From Verrucomicrobiales bacterium (GTDB lineage: Bacteria; Verrucomicrobiota; Verrucomicrobiia; Limisphaerales; UBA11320), in assembly GCA_003452185.1 (NCBI GenBank), contig DMJJ01000467.1, positions 1-35,924 on the forward strand: a DNA stretch of 35,924 nucleotides, given 5' to 3'. This document shows positions 8,490 to 18,223 of the stretch, one piece after another. Below the pieces are notes generated by a model that was not told where the DNA came from, did no database searches, and worked only from the letters and a program-made list of their open reading frames with translations. Both the position numbers and the translations under genes were made by a program. Numbering within the stretch: position 1 is the stretch's first letter; every line of letters begins with the position of its first letter.

Positions 8490-9800
8490 ATGCGGCGGGT
8501 CAACATAGGTCTGGTCGGGGCGGGAACCGTGGGTGGCGGCGTCTTTCAAGCCGTGCGCCGCAACGGCCCCCTCATGACCGCGCGTCTCGGCATTTCCCTC
8601 GGCATCCGCAAGGTCGCCGTGCGCGATCTGGGCAAGGGGCGCCGCGTGAAACTCCCGCGCGCCCTGCTCACCACCGACTGGAAGGGGGTCGTGGCCGACC
8701 CCCAGAATGACATCATCGTCGAGCTCATCGGGGGGACAACCACGGCCCGCCAGGTGGTGCTTGAGGCGCTGCGCCTCGGGAAGCCGGTGGTCACTGCCAA
8801 CAAGGCCCTCCTCTCGGCCCACGGGGAGGAACTCTTCTCCGTCGCCCAGAAGCACGGCGGCAACCTGTACTACGAGGCGAGCGTCGCAGGGGGGATCCCG
8901 ATCATCAAGGTGCTGCGGGAGGCGATGGTTGGAAACAGGATCACGCGCCTGTACGGCATCGTGAACGGGACCTGCAATTACATCCTCACCCGGATGAAGC
9001 GTGAGGGGGCCGATTTCGACGATGTCCTGGCCGATGCCCAGCGCCTGGGCTATGCCGAGGCGGAGCCGTCGCTCGACGTCGACGGGCATGACGCCGCGCA
9101 CAAGACCGGGATCCTCGCCTCGCTCGCCCACGGATTCTGGGTCAACCCCGCGCAGATCCACACCGAAGGGATCCGGGGGATCGCCCGGCTCGACATTGCC
9201 TACGCGGCCCTGCTGGGCTATACGATCAAGCTCCTCGGCATCGTGAAGAGCGTCGGCCCGGCGCCGGGCGGCCCCGTGCAGGTGTCGGTGTATCCGGCCC
9301 TCGTTCCGGACACCCACGTCCTGGCGAGCGTGAACGACGTCTTCAACGCGGTGTTCCTCCGGGGAGACATCGTGGGGGACACCCTTTATTACGGCCGCGG
9401 GGCGGGCCAGGACGCCACCGCGAGCGCGGTCCTGAGCGACCTCGGGGATGCCGCCCTCGACCTCAAGCACGGCTCCCACCGCCGGGTGCCGGCCTTCACC
9501 CCCCATGAGCGGGGAGGACGGGTCCAGCCGATCGAGGAGGCCGTCTCCCGGTATTACCTCCGCCTGGATGTCGTCGACCGCCCCGGGGTACTGGCGCGAA
9601 TAGCGGCCATCCTGGGCCGCTCCCGGATCGGCATCTCCTCCGTCATCCAGCCCGAGGGGCTGGCCGGCCGGAGCGTCCCCCTCATCCTGATGATCCACGA
9701 CGCCACGAACGCCGCAATGCTCCGGGCCCTCCATAGCATCAGCCGTCTCCCGGTGGTGAAGGGGAAGCCAACCCTCATCCGAGTCGAGAGCTTCGAGTAA
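8490..9800 (+). CDS. hom: Homoserine dehydrogenase
   Basis: It has an NAD-binding N-terminus ([15 protein letters not shown]), [19 protein letters not shown], and a C-terminal ACT-like domain ([22 protein letters not shown]). Confidence 0.9.
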   Translation: MRRVNIGLVGAGTVGGGVFQAVRRNGPLMTARLGISLGIRKVAVRDLGKGRRVKLPRALLTTDWKGVVADPQNDIIVELIGGTTTARQVVLEALRLGKPVVTANKALLSAHGEELFSVAQKHGGNLYYEASVAGGIPIIKVLREAMVGNRITRLYGIVNGTCNYILTRMKREGADFDDVLADAQRLGYAEAEPSLDVDGHDAAHKTGILASLAHGFWVNPAQIHTEGIRGIARLDIAYAALLGYTIKLLGIVKSVGPAPGGPVQVSVYPALVPDTHVLASVNDVFNAVFLRGDIVGDTLYYGRGAGQDATASAVLSDLGDAALDLKHGSHRRVPAFTPHERGGRVQPIEEAVSRYYLRLDVVDRPGVLARIAAILGRSRIGISSVIQPEGLAGRSVPLILMIHDATNAAMLRALHSISRLPVVKGKPTLIRVESFE

Positions 9801-9814
9801 CTCCCATACCGATT

Positions 9815-10894
9815 ATGTCAGCCGCCCCATCCAATTCCTCCTGGCCTGGTGTCATCCGGCGCTACGCCGAGTACCTCCCCGTGACCGACGCGACCCCTGT
9901 CGTCACCCTTCTGGAAGGGAACACCCCGCTGGTCCCGGTGCCGCAGTTCGTGGAGGCGATCGGCGGGAAGTTTGACCTGTTCCTGAAGTACGAGGGGCTC
10001 AACCCGACCTGCTCCTTCAAGGATCGCGGGATGACCATGGCCGTCTCGAAGGCCAAGGAGCGCGGAGCCAAGGTGGTGGTCTGCGCCAGCACCGGAAACA
10101 CGAGCGCGAGCGCCGCGGCCTACGCCGCCCGGGCCGGCATGCGCTGCGTGGTCCTCCTGCCTCATGGCAAGATCGCCCTCGGCAAGATGGCCCAGGCGCT
10201 CATGTACGGGGCCACGACCATCGCCGTGGAAGGAAACTTCGACCAGGCGCTCAACATCGTGCGCGAGCTCGGGGAGACGGGGCAGGTCGAGGTGGTCAAC
10301 AGCATCAACCCTTTCCGGATCGAGGGACAGAAGACCGCCGCCTTCGAGATCTGCGACGCCCTGGGGGATGCCCCGGACTTTCATTTCCTCCCCGTGGGCA
10401 ACGCGGGCAACATCACCGCCTACTGGAAGGGGTATCGGGAGTACCAGGGCGTGGGCAAGAGCGACACCCTCCCGCGGATGTGCGGCTGGCAGGCGGCCGG
10501 GGCCGCCCCGCTGGTGGACGGGCAGCCCGTGGCGAATCCCAACACCATCGCGACGGCGATCCGCATCGGCAACCCCGCCAGCTGGACCGGCGCGATGGAT
10601 GCCGTCCGGGAGAGTGAGGGGCTGATCGACAAGGTGACGGACGAGGAGATCCTCCACGCCTACAAGCTGCTCGCCCGCACCGAGGGAATTTTCGTCGAGC
10701 CGGCCTGCGCCGCCCCGCTCGCCGGGTTGATCAAGTCGGTGGAGCGGAACCTGATCCCCGCCGGAAGCCTGATCGCGGCAACGATGACCGGCCACGGCCT
10801 GAAGGATCCCGACACGGCGATCGGTGCCGCGGGGTTCCAGCCGACGGTGGTTCAGCCGACCCGCGACGCCGTCCTCCAGGTCATGGGCCTCTAG
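9815..10894 (+). CDS. thrC: Threonine synthase (short form)
   Basis: The PLP-lysine motif is [12 protein letters not shown]. Other matches are [23 protein letters not shown] and the [10 protein letters not shown] tail. It starts 15 nt after hom. Confidence 0.9.
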   Translation: MSAAPSNSSWPGVIRRYAEYLPVTDATPVVTLLEGNTPLVPVPQFVEAIGGKFDLFLKYEGLNPTCSFKDRGMTMAVSKAKERGAKVVVCASTGNTSASAAAYAARAGMRCVVLLPHGKIALGKMAQALMYGATTIAVEGNFDQALNIVRELGETGQVEVVNSINPFRIEGQKTAAFEICDALGDAPDFHFLPVGNAGNITAYWKGYREYQGVGKSDTLPRMCGWQAAGAAPLVDGQPVANPNTIATAIRIGNPASWTGAMDAVRESEGLIDKVTDEEILHAYKLLARTEGIFVEPACAAPLAGLIKSVERNLIPAGSLIAATMTGHGLKDPDTAIGAAGFQPTVVQPTRDAVLQVMGL

Positions 10895-10919
10895 GACGGG
10901 CCACGGCCTCGCCGTCCCC

Positions 10920-12143
10920 ATGACCGACTCCCATCGCACCCGGTTCTGGAGGCGGCTGGCGGCCCCGCTGCTTCGGCGGGGTGGAACCCCGTTCTACCTT
11001 TTCTCCAGCGCCCCGGTGGAGGAAGCCCTCGCGGAACTGGAAGGGACGTTCTCGGGACTTCCCGTCACCCACTGGCTCTCGGTCAAGACCCAGCCCCTTC
11101 CCCCCTTGATCCGCTGGTGGTCCTCCCTGGGGCGGCCCGTCGAGGTGGTGAGCGAGCTTGAGCTGCAGGCGGCCCTGGCCTGCGGCGTGCCCCCCGAGTC
11201 GATCCTGGTCAACGGCCCGGCCAAGCATCACTGGCTTCCGGCCCACCCGCTCCCCGGCCTGCGGGTGAACTTCGACTCCCCCGCCGAGGCCCGCCTCCTC
11301 GCACCCCAGGCCCGCCGCTGCGGGTGGCTCTGCGGGGTGAGGGTCGCCACCCCGTCGGAGTTTGACCCGGAGTCCCCGGCCATCCCGACCCAGTTCGGGC
11401 TCTCCGGGGAGGAGCTCGGCGCCGTGATCCGGACTCTCCGCCGCGCGGGGATCAGGCCCCGGACTCTCCATTTCCACCTCCGCACACAGATTCCCGCCGT
11501 CGCGGTGTACCAGCGGGCCGTTGCCGAGGCCCTGGCCATGGCCCGCGCGTCGGGGCTCTCCCCGGAGGTCCTGGACATTGGCGGAGGGTTCCCCGCCCCC
11601 CGAGTCCGGCGGTCGGGGGACCCCACCCCGGTGGACGCGGGGTTCTCCCGCGCCGGGATGAGGCGGCTGCTTCAGGAGACCCTCCGGGCGCACCCCGGGC
11701 TTCGCGAGATCTGGCTGGAAAACGGCCGATGGATCTCCGCCCGTTCGGGCGTCCTGGTGCTGCGTATCCTCGATGCCAAGCAGCGCCGCGGGATGCGGCA
11801 CCTCATCTGCGACGGCGGCCGGACGCTCCACGCCATGGTCTCCACCTGGGAGGATCACGATCTGGAACCCCTTCCCACGCGATCCGGGCGCCGGGTCGCC
11901 ACCACCGTCACGGGCCCCACCTGCATGGCGTTCGACAAACTGGCGCGTCGTCCCCTTCCCTCCACGCTGCAGCCCGGCGACGCCCTCCTCTGGATGGATG
12001 CCGGGGCGTATCATCTTCCCTGGGAGACACGCTTCTCCCACGGGCTTGCCGCCGTACACTGGCACGATGGGCGGAAGGTCCACCAGGTGAGATCCGCCGA
12101 AACCTTCCAGTCGTGGTGGCATCAATGGGCCCCGGCCCCGTGA
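10920..12143 (+). CDS. Fold-type III PLP-dependent decarboxylase (Orn/DAP/Arg decarboxylase family), divergent
   Basis: The family blocks are present: LSVKTQP (PLP Lys position), LHFHLRTQ, LDIGGGFP, ENGRWISA (EPGR-like), GPTCMAFDKL (catalytic Cys) and DAGAY. The track start at 10824 overlaps thrC. The ATG at 10920 (MTDSHRT) lies 25 nt after the thrC stop. Confidence 0.7.
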   Translation: MTDSHRTRFWRRLAAPLLRRGGTPFYLFSSAPVEEALAELEGTFSGLPVTHWLSVKTQPLPPLIRWWSSLGRPVEVVSELELQAALACGVPPESILVNGPAKHHWLPAHPLPGLRVNFDSPAEARLLAPQARRCGWLCGVRVATPSEFDPESPAIPTQFGLSGEELGAVIRTLRRAGIRPRTLHFHLRTQIPAVAVYQRAVAEALAMARASGLSPEVLDIGGGFPAPRVRRSGDPTPVDAGFSRAGMRRLLQETLRAHPGLREIWLENGRWISARSGVLVLRILDAKQRRGMRHLICDGGRTLHAMVSTWEDHDLEPLPTRSGRRVATTVTGPTCMAFDKLARRPLPSTLQPGDALLWMDAGAYHLPWETRFSHGLAAVHWHDGRKVHQVRSAETFQSWWHQWAPAP

Positions 12144-12159
12144 ACAAAAAAACCCTCCC

Positions 12160-13098
12160 ATGAACCGCAACACCCTTCTTTGCTTTGGAGAGATCCTCTG
12201 GGACTGTCTCCCCTCGGGCCTCTTTCTCGGCGGGGCCCCCGTGAATGTCGCCTACCACCTGGCGCGGCTCGGTCAGCCCGCCCGGGTCATCACAGCGGTG
12301 GGCCGCGACCCGCTCGGGGATGAGATCAAGCGCCGGCTTCAGGGATGGGGGATCCCTCTCGAGGGGGTGTCGACGTCGCCCCGCCGCCCCACCGGTACCG
12401 TGAGGGTTCGGCTGGACGCGGCAGGGAAGCCGGACTTTGAGATCGTCACCCGGGTCGCCTGGGATGATGTCCGCCCAAGCCGGCAAGCCATCGCAGCCTC
12501 CCGCCAGGCGGCGGCGATCATCTACGGCTCCCTCGCCCTGCGAAGCGACGCCAACCGCCGCCACCTTCAGCGGCTGCTCCGCTCGAGCCAGGGGGCGATG
12601 CGGGTCTTCGATGTGAACCTGCGGCCGCCCCATGACGATCTCGCCCTGGTGCGCCGGCTTGCGGCGGAGGCCGACTTGATCAAGCTCAACGACGAGGAAC
12701 TCCGTCGCCTCACCCCGGGTCGGCGCCCGGGGGCCCTGGAGCCCCGCGCCCGGCAGCTGGCCGCCGCCACCGGGTGCCGCCGCATCTGCGTCACCGCCGG
12801 GGCCGCGGGGGCGGGAGTTCTCTGGGACGGCGCCTGGGTCTGGCAGCCCGCACAGCCGGTGCGTGTGGTGGACACCATTGGTGCGGGTGACGCGTTCCTT
12901 GCCGCGTTCCTCGACGCCCTGATGCGACGGCTCCCCGTGAGCGAGGGGCTCCGAAGGGCGTGCCGCCTTGCCGAGTTCGTCTCCTCCCAACCCGGGGCAC
13001 AGCCCCCCCACCCATCACCGGTTCCCCCGCAAGGGCTCGGCCCCCGGGCGGGATCCGCCGTCAGGCCCGGATCGAAGCGAAGCCGTCGACGGGGGTGA
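12160..13098 (+). CDS. PfkB-family carbohydrate/small-molecule kinase (fructokinase-like)
   Basis: N-terminal LCFGEILWD...GGAPVNVA, LKLNDEE, and the anion-hole/ATP motif DTIGAGDAF. The C-terminal ~40 aa is Pro/Arg-rich and may be non-conserved. Confidence 0.75.
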   Translation: MNRNTLLCFGEILWDCLPSGLFLGGAPVNVAYHLARLGQPARVITAVGRDPLGDEIKRRLQGWGIPLEGVSTSPRRPTGTVRVRLDAAGKPDFEIVTRVAWDDVRPSRQAIAASRQAAAIIYGSLALRSDANRRHLQRLLRSSQGAMRVFDVNLRPPHDDLALVRRLAAEADLIKLNDEELRRLTPGRRPGALEPRARQLAAATGCRRICVTAGAAGAGVLWDGAWVWQPAQPVRVVDTIGAGDAFLAAFLDALMRRLPVSEGLRRACRLAEFVSSQPGAQPPHPSPVPPQGLGPRAGSAVRPGSKRSRRRG

Positions 13099-13194
13099 CC
13101 CGCAGGGCGGCCGTCGTGGCACGGACGGAAATCCCGGGGGGCTCCCAACCTCAACGCCCCCCCATCCCCGCCCCACACGGGTCTCCGACATGGC

Positions 13195-14238
13195 TCACCG
13201 CGATTTTATCTGGAGCCAGATTTCGTCGTACAGCTTGTTCATCTCCCCAAGGTCCCGTGCGTACTCAAGGCGCGTGAGCACCTCCGGCGGAGGATAGATC
13301 GCGGGGTTGTTGCGGTCGGCCGGGGGAACCAGCTCCAGGGCTGACTTGTTGCAGGTGGCATCCCGGTAAAAGGCGACGAACCGGGCGGCCACGGGAGGGT
13401 CGAGGAGGAAGTTGATGAACCTCTCGGCGAGGTCCCGATGCGGGGCCTGCGCCGGGATGCAGAGGAGGTCGACCCAGATCTGACTCCCCTCGATCGGCGT
13501 CACGTAGAGGGTCTCGGAGTCCTCGGCCATCCCCCGCACGGCATCCCCCGTGTAGGCCATCGCCACACGGGCCCCCTTGGAGAGGACGCGGTTCTTGCAC
13601 CCCGTCGCCCCCTCAAACCCGAGAGAGCGCTTCTTCGCCTCGATCAACCGGTCCCGGGCCTGGGTCAGTTCGGCCATGTTGGTGCTGTTAAGGCTGTGCC
13701 CGTCGTAGCGAAGCGCGGCTCCGATGGTTGCCCGGGGATCCTCCAGCAGGAGGAACGGGCCCGGCTGCTCGGCGGGGTTGAACACGGCCCCCCATCCGCG
13801 GGGGGAGGGCTTCCCCTCGGTGCGGCGAAGGAAGAGGCCGGTGGTGCCCCAGTCCGAGGGTGCCCCGTACCCGTTGCCCGGGTCAAAGCTGGCCGTGGTG
13901 AAGGAAGGAAGAATGTGACGGAGGTTGGGGACGTTCTCGTGCCGAAGCGGGGCGAGCAGCCCCCGCTTGATCAGGGCCGGCATATGGGTGTCGTCCGGGA
14001 CCACGATGTCGTAGATGGAGGACCCTCCCGAGGCGAGCTTGGCCACCATCCCCTCAAGGTCCTCGTAGTAGTCGACGTTGACCCGGCAATCGTTGAGCTT
14101 CTCGAACTCGGCGATGAGCTTCGGGTCGATGTACTCGCTCCAGACGAAGAGGTTGAGTTGAGCCCGTGGTTTGCCGCAGCCCGGCAGGAGCGACAGGATG
14201 AGGAGCAGGGCGGGAAGGAGGCGCAAGGTGGGGTGCAT
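13195..14238 (-). CDS. potD: Polyamine (spermidine/putrescine) ABC transporter substrate-binding lipoprotein
   Basis: Lipobox is LLPGC. LNLFVWSEYIDPKLIAEFEK...YDIVVP matches the PotD/PotF family pattern. Confidence 0.8.
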   Translation of the reverse strand: MHPTLRLLPALLLILSLLPGCGKPRAQLNLFVWSEYIDPKLIAEFEKLNDCRVNVDYYEDLEGMVAKLASGGSSIYDIVVPDDTHMPALIKRGLLAPLRHENVPNLRHILPSFTTASFDPGNGYGAPSDWGTTGLFLRRTEGKPSPRGWGAVFNPAEQPGPFLLLEDPRATIGAALRYDGHSLNSTNMAELTQARDRLIEAKKRSLGFEGATGCKNRVLSKGARVAMAYTGDAVRGMAEDSETLYVTPIEGSQIWVDLLCIPAQAPHRDLAERFINFLLDPPVAARFVAFYRDATCNKSALELVPPADRNNPAIYPPPEVLTRLEYARDLGEMNKLYDEIWLQIKSR

Positions 14239-14253
14239 GGAAAGAGGGTTCCG

Positions 14254-15330
14254 TCAGTCGTCCAGCAGGATGAGGGCGCCGGGGGGGATGTGCGCCTGGA
14301 GCGAATCGCCAGGCCGGAAGCGGGGACCCTCCGCATGGGTGTTCATCACCTCGGCACGGAGGGAGATCCCCTCCCCCTCCAACTCGTAGTGGGTTTCCGA
14401 GCCGACATACGTCAGGTGGGAGACCCGGACCGGGAGGGAGTTTTCCCCAGGCTCCGCGCTGGACGCCCGAAGCTCGATCTTCTCGGGCCGCACCGCCAGA
14501 GTGACCCTCCCCTGCCGCGCCCCCCCCGGCGCACGCGTCCGGAGAAGGCCCGCAGCGGTCTCGACCGTGGAACCGGAGTTGTCGGCCGACACCACCCTCC
14601 CCTCGAGGAGGCTGCACGCGCCGAGGAACTGGCTCGCAAACCGGGTTCGAGGGCGCTCGTAGACAACAGCGGCCTCCCCGAGCTGCTCAATGCGGCCGGC
14701 CCGAATCAACGCGATCCGGTCGCTCAAGGCCAGCGCCTCCTCCTGATCATGGGTGACGTAGAGGAAGGTGATCCCAAGACGGCGCTGCAGGTTGCGAAGC
14801 TCCTGCTGGAGCTGCCTCCGGAGCTGGAGATCCAGGGCCGCCAGCGGCTCGTCCAGGAGCAGGACCTTCGGCTCGTTGACCACCGCGCGCGCCAGCGCCA
14901 CGCGCTGCTTTTGCCCACCCGAAAGCTCGGAGGGACGACGCGCCGCCAGCGGGGCGATCTCGACAAGCTCCATGACGGCGGAGACGCGTCGATCCATCTC
15001 GTCGCGTGGCACCCGCTTCATCCGGAGCCCGAACCCGACGTTCTCGCGGACGTTGAGATGGGGAAAAAGCGCGTACGACTGGAAAACCGTGTTGACCGGC
15101 CGGCGGTGGGCCGGAAGCGAGAGTGCCTCCTCGCCGCCGATCCGGAGCACGCCGGCATCGGGATGATCCAACCCCGCGATGATGCGCAGCAGAGTGGTCT
15201 TCCCGCACCCGGAGGGCCCGAGCAGGGAAAGGAACTCCCCCTCCGCGACCGAGAGGGAAAGGTCGTCCAGGGCGACCACCTCGCCAAAACGCCGGGTCAG
15301 CCCGGCAGCCTCGACTGCGGGTCCCTTCAT
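14254..15330 (-). CDS. potA: Polyamine-type ABC transporter ATP-binding protein
   Basis: Walker A is GPSGCGKTT, the Q-loop is FQSYALFPH, the signature is LSGGQKQRVALARA, and Walker B is LLLDEP. A C-terminal TOBE-like domain is present. Its stop lies 16 nt before the potD ATG. Confidence 0.85.
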   Translation of the reverse strand: MKGPAVEAAGLTRRFGEVVALDDLSLSVAEGEFLSLLGPSGCGKTTLLRIIAGLDHPDAGVLRIGGEEALSLPAHRRPVNTVFQSYALFPHLNVRENVGFGLRMKRVPRDEMDRRVSAVMELVEIAPLAARRPSELSGGQKQRVALARAVVNEPKVLLLDEPLAALDLQLRRQLQQELRNLQRRLGITFLYVTHDQEEALALSDRIALIRAGRIEQLGEAAVVYERPRTRFASQFLGACSLLEGRVVSADNSGSTVETAAGLLRTRAPGGARQGRVTLAVRPEKIELRASSAEPGENSLPVRVSHLTYVGSETHYELEGEGISLRAEVMNTHAEGPRFRPGDSLQAHIPPGALILLDD

Positions 15331-15437
15331 GGGCAGGGCCCCCCTCCGGCGTCCACCCGGGGAGGAGGGGAGCCTCGCGGGTCAGGGGGGGGTGAGGGGT
15401 GCGGCATGGCGGGCTGGAACACGGGTGATATGCCGGG

Positions 15438-16427
15438 TCAGCGAGAGCGGGCTTCCAGCGGCTTCCGGTTCCCGTCGTCCGCCGGGTCGTCCGGCCGGGG
15501 ATAGTCCCGCCAGAGCCACCGGAGCATTTCAGGAAGCATCGCCCCCCCCTGCTTGTTGGAGTGGGTCCCCAGCCCCCAGCAGAAGTTCACATCGTACCCT
15601 TTCTCCGTGAGCGCGGCGACCATGCGCCGGTTCTGCGTGTGCCAGTCCCACTTGGGGTCGTACTCCCCGTTCTTCCGCCGGCCCCGGTTGTCGTTGAGGC
15701 CATCCTCGAGAAAGATCCGAATGGGCTTCCGGTCAGCCGCCCGCACCATGTCCGGGTAGGCATGCCCCCCGCGGATGTTGGTGAAGCTCCCGATGGTGCT
15801 GAGCACCTTCCGGAACTGGTCGGGACGATGCCAGGCCACGGTGAAGGCGCAGATCGCCCCCGAGCTCGCCCCGCCGATCGCGCGGTCCTCCGGGTTGCTG
15901 CTGATGCGGTATTCCTTCTGCAGGGCGGGCAGAAGCTCCTCCACGATGAGACGGGCGTAGCGGTCGTTCAGCTCGTTGTACTCGGTCGGACGGTTGTTGA
16001 TCCCGTCGCCCCAATCCTTGGAGGAGGACTCCTGCTGATCGGGACGATGCCCGGGGTTGATGAACACGGCGAGGGTCACGGGCATCTCCCGGCGGTAGAT
16101 CAGGTTGTCGAAGACGTACGGGACCCGGTAGCTGCCGTTGGTCGCCAGGAAGGCGTGGCCGTCCTGGAAGACCATCAGGGCGGCAGGGGTCGCCGGGTCG
16201 TACTGCGCCGGGACGTAAACCCAGTAGTGCCTGCTGGTGTTCGTGAACACCTGGCTCTCAAGGGTCAGGGGTCCGACCACCCGCCCCTGGGGCACTCCCG
16301 GGTGCGGCTCGGAGTCGGGGCCCAGCAGGTAGAGGTCATCGGTCGGGGCGGCCGGCAGGGCCAGGGCGCACAGGACCGAAGCGATCCAGGCGGCGCAGCC
16401 CAGGGCCCTGCAAAGTCGCGATTTCAT
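15438..16427 (-). CDS. Secreted esterase (PF00756 'putative esterase' / enterochelin-esterase-like, CE1-like)
   Basis: The ATG at 16427 gives [26 protein letters not shown] (signal peptide). [20 protein letters not shown] and the nucleophile elbow IGGASSGA are present. The longer track start at 16508 adds a non-signal extension. Confidence 0.7.
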   Translation of the reverse strand: MKSRLCRALGCAAWIASVLCALALPAAPTDDLYLLGPDSEPHPGVPQGRVVGPLTLESQVFTNTSRHYWVYVPAQYDPATPAALMVFQDGHAFLATNGSYRVPYVFDNLIYRREMPVTLAVFINPGHRPDQQESSSKDWGDGINNRPTEYNELNDRYARLIVEELLPALQKEYRISSNPEDRAIGGASSGAICAFTVAWHRPDQFRKVLSTIGSFTNIRGGHAYPDMVRAADRKPIRIFLEDGLNDNRGRRKNGEYDPKWDWHTQNRRMVAALTEKGYDVNFCWGLGTHSNKQGGAMLPEMLRWLWRDYPRPDDPADDGNRKPLEARSR

Positions 16428-16588
16428 GGGAGGCACGATGGCCGGTTCAGACCGATGGGGCAAGTCCGCAGGCGATTTCGTCGGCGCCCCCCGACGGCAC
16501 CCCGCCATCGGCAGCCGGGCCGGGGAGAAGGCGCGGAGGCATTTAGCGTTTGCGACCCGGTCCCAAACCGACTACATCCCGGGCATCC

Positions 16589-18193
16589 ATGAACTCTCCC
16601 CGATCCCTCCTGGCATGGCTCGCCGCGGCCCTTGCCGGCAGCTGCGGCGCGATGGACTTCACCCTGCAAACCCGGGATCCCGTCACAGGCCAGGTGCGGA
16701 TCACCACCGAGAGCGTCGCTCCGGAGCACGTCGCGGTAATCGCGGTCGATGTCTGGAACTACCATTGGTGCAAGACGGCCACCATGCGGGTCGACGCCAT
16801 CGTCCCCCGCATCAACAAGGCCCTGGAGGGGGCGCGGGCCCTCGGCATGACCCTCCTCCTCTGCCCGAGCGATGTCGTGGACAACTACGTCGGCTACCCC
16901 CAGCGCGAGGCGGTGCTTGCGCTCCCGCGGGTGCCCCTCCCGCCCCTCCTCGAGGTCAGCTGCCCCCCGGTGCCGGACGCCGGCGGCTGCGCCTGCGGGC
17001 GGGAGCGGTGCGCGGTGAACTATGGATGGGATGGAATGCACCCCGGCCTGAGAATCGGCGAGGGCGACCTGATGCCCGACACCCAGGCCGAGGTTTACGC
17101 GATCTGCCAGCAGCGGGGAATCACCCACCTCATCTATGTCGGGTTCCACACGCAGGTCTGCCTGCTTGGAAAATCAATGGGGCTGAAGGCGATGAAGTCC
17201 GCCGGGCTTCGCTGCATGCTGGCAAGGGACATGACCGACGCCCACCCCGGGTATGATCCCGCACGCCAATTCACCCCCGACCTCAACACGGAGCAGGTGG
17301 TCGAGCACTTCGAGAGGCACCTCGCCCCGACCATCAACCTCCAGGAGGAGCTGGCCAGGATCGGCCGGTGGGATCCCGCCTGGGTCGTCGACCCGGTGCG
17401 GATCGCCCCGTGGGGAACCCGCATGCGACCGCACCTCTTCGAGCAGCCGGTGACCGTCACTCTCACCGCGCCGCTGCAGCCCAGGGGATCGATCCGGTAC
17501 ACCCTCGACGGGAGCCGGCCGACGCCGCAGTCCACCCTCTACGCCGGGCCGTTTCTTGTCTCCAGGTCGACGGAGCTGCGGGCCGTTGCCTTCGAGGGGG
17601 AGAAGCCCGTCACCCTTGAGTCCGAGGGGAGCTTCGCCCTCCTGCCACCCATGCCCCCGAAGCCGGACGTCCTCGTGGGGGATCTCCCCCCGACCCGGAG
17701 TGTCGGATTCGGCCACACCTACGGCGGCCAGGTGCGCTATTCGGGGAACACCCAGGCGCCCCAAAAGGATCATTCCAACCTCGGCCAACCCCTCCGGATC
17801 AACAGGGCCGTCTATGCCCATGGCATCGGGGTGCACGCCCCGTGCGAACTTGTGTACGCCGTGCAGCCGGAGTTCAAACGTTTCGTCGCCCTGGCGGGGG
17901 CGGATGAGAATCTGATCTCCGTGAGCCATGGGTCTAACCTGGCCCGGTATCCGAGCGTGCGGTTCAAGGTGTTCATCGATGGGAAGGAGATGGCCGCAAG
18001 CCCGGTGATGCGGGTTCTTTTTCCAGCGTGGCGCTTTGACATCCCGATTCCGGCGGGATCGAGGCAGATCAGCCTCGTGACCATGGATGCGGGGGACGGG
18101 TCGCGGGAGGATTTCGCCGACTGGGCCGACGCGGGGTTTGTGACCCGGGATCGCCCGGCCGCCTCGGCCCAACCGCACCTGATGCCTCGTTGA
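16589..18193 (+). CDS. Secreted multidomain protein: isochorismatase-like cysteine hydrolase + CHB_HEX_C-like module + C-terminal NPCBM carbohydrate-binding domain
   Basis: The ATG at 16589 gives MNSPRSLLAWLAAALAGSCGA (signal peptide). Isochorismatase-like blocks are VIAVDVWNYHW and GITHLIYVGFHTQVCLLGKSMG...ARDMTDA. The middle module has IRYTLDGSRPT...STELRAVAF. The NPCBM-like end reads AHGIGVHAPCELVY...FKVFIDGKE...LVTMDAGDGSREDFADWADAGF. Confidence 0.65.
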   Translation: MNSPRSLLAWLAAALAGSCGAMDFTLQTRDPVTGQVRITTESVAPEHVAVIAVDVWNYHWCKTATMRVDAIVPRINKALEGARALGMTLLLCPSDVVDNYVGYPQREAVLALPRVPLPPLLEVSCPPVPDAGGCACGRERCAVNYGWDGMHPGLRIGEGDLMPDTQAEVYAICQQRGITHLIYVGFHTQVCLLGKSMGLKAMKSAGLRCMLARDMTDAHPGYDPARQFTPDLNTEQVVEHFERHLAPTINLQEELARIGRWDPAWVVDPVRIAPWGTRMRPHLFEQPVTVTLTAPLQPRGSIRYTLDGSRPTPQSTLYAGPFLVSRSTELRAVAFEGEKPVTLESEGSFALLPPMPPKPDVLVGDLPPTRSVGFGHTYGGQVRYSGNTQAPQKDHSNLGQPLRINRAVYAHGIGVHAPCELVYAVQPEFKRFVALAGADENLISVSHGSNLARYPSVRFKVFIDGKEMAASPVMRVLFPAWRFDIPIPAGSRQISLVTMDAGDGSREDFADWADAGFVTRDRPAASAQPHLMPR

Positions 18194-18223
18194 GCCCGGG
18201 GGCCCGGCCCCGGCACTTGGATC

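Noticed and set aside
10824-10919. N-terminal extension of the decarboxylase ORF overlapping thrC
   Set aside because: The extension ([18 protein letters not shown]...) overlaps the thrC 3' end by 71 nt and is low complexity. The ATG at 10920, just after the thrC stop, gives a normal family-length protein.
13438-15504. 688-aa + strand ORF spanning the pot region
   Set aside because: It is antisense to potD and potA, both of which have unambiguous ABC motifs. Its composition is shadow-like.
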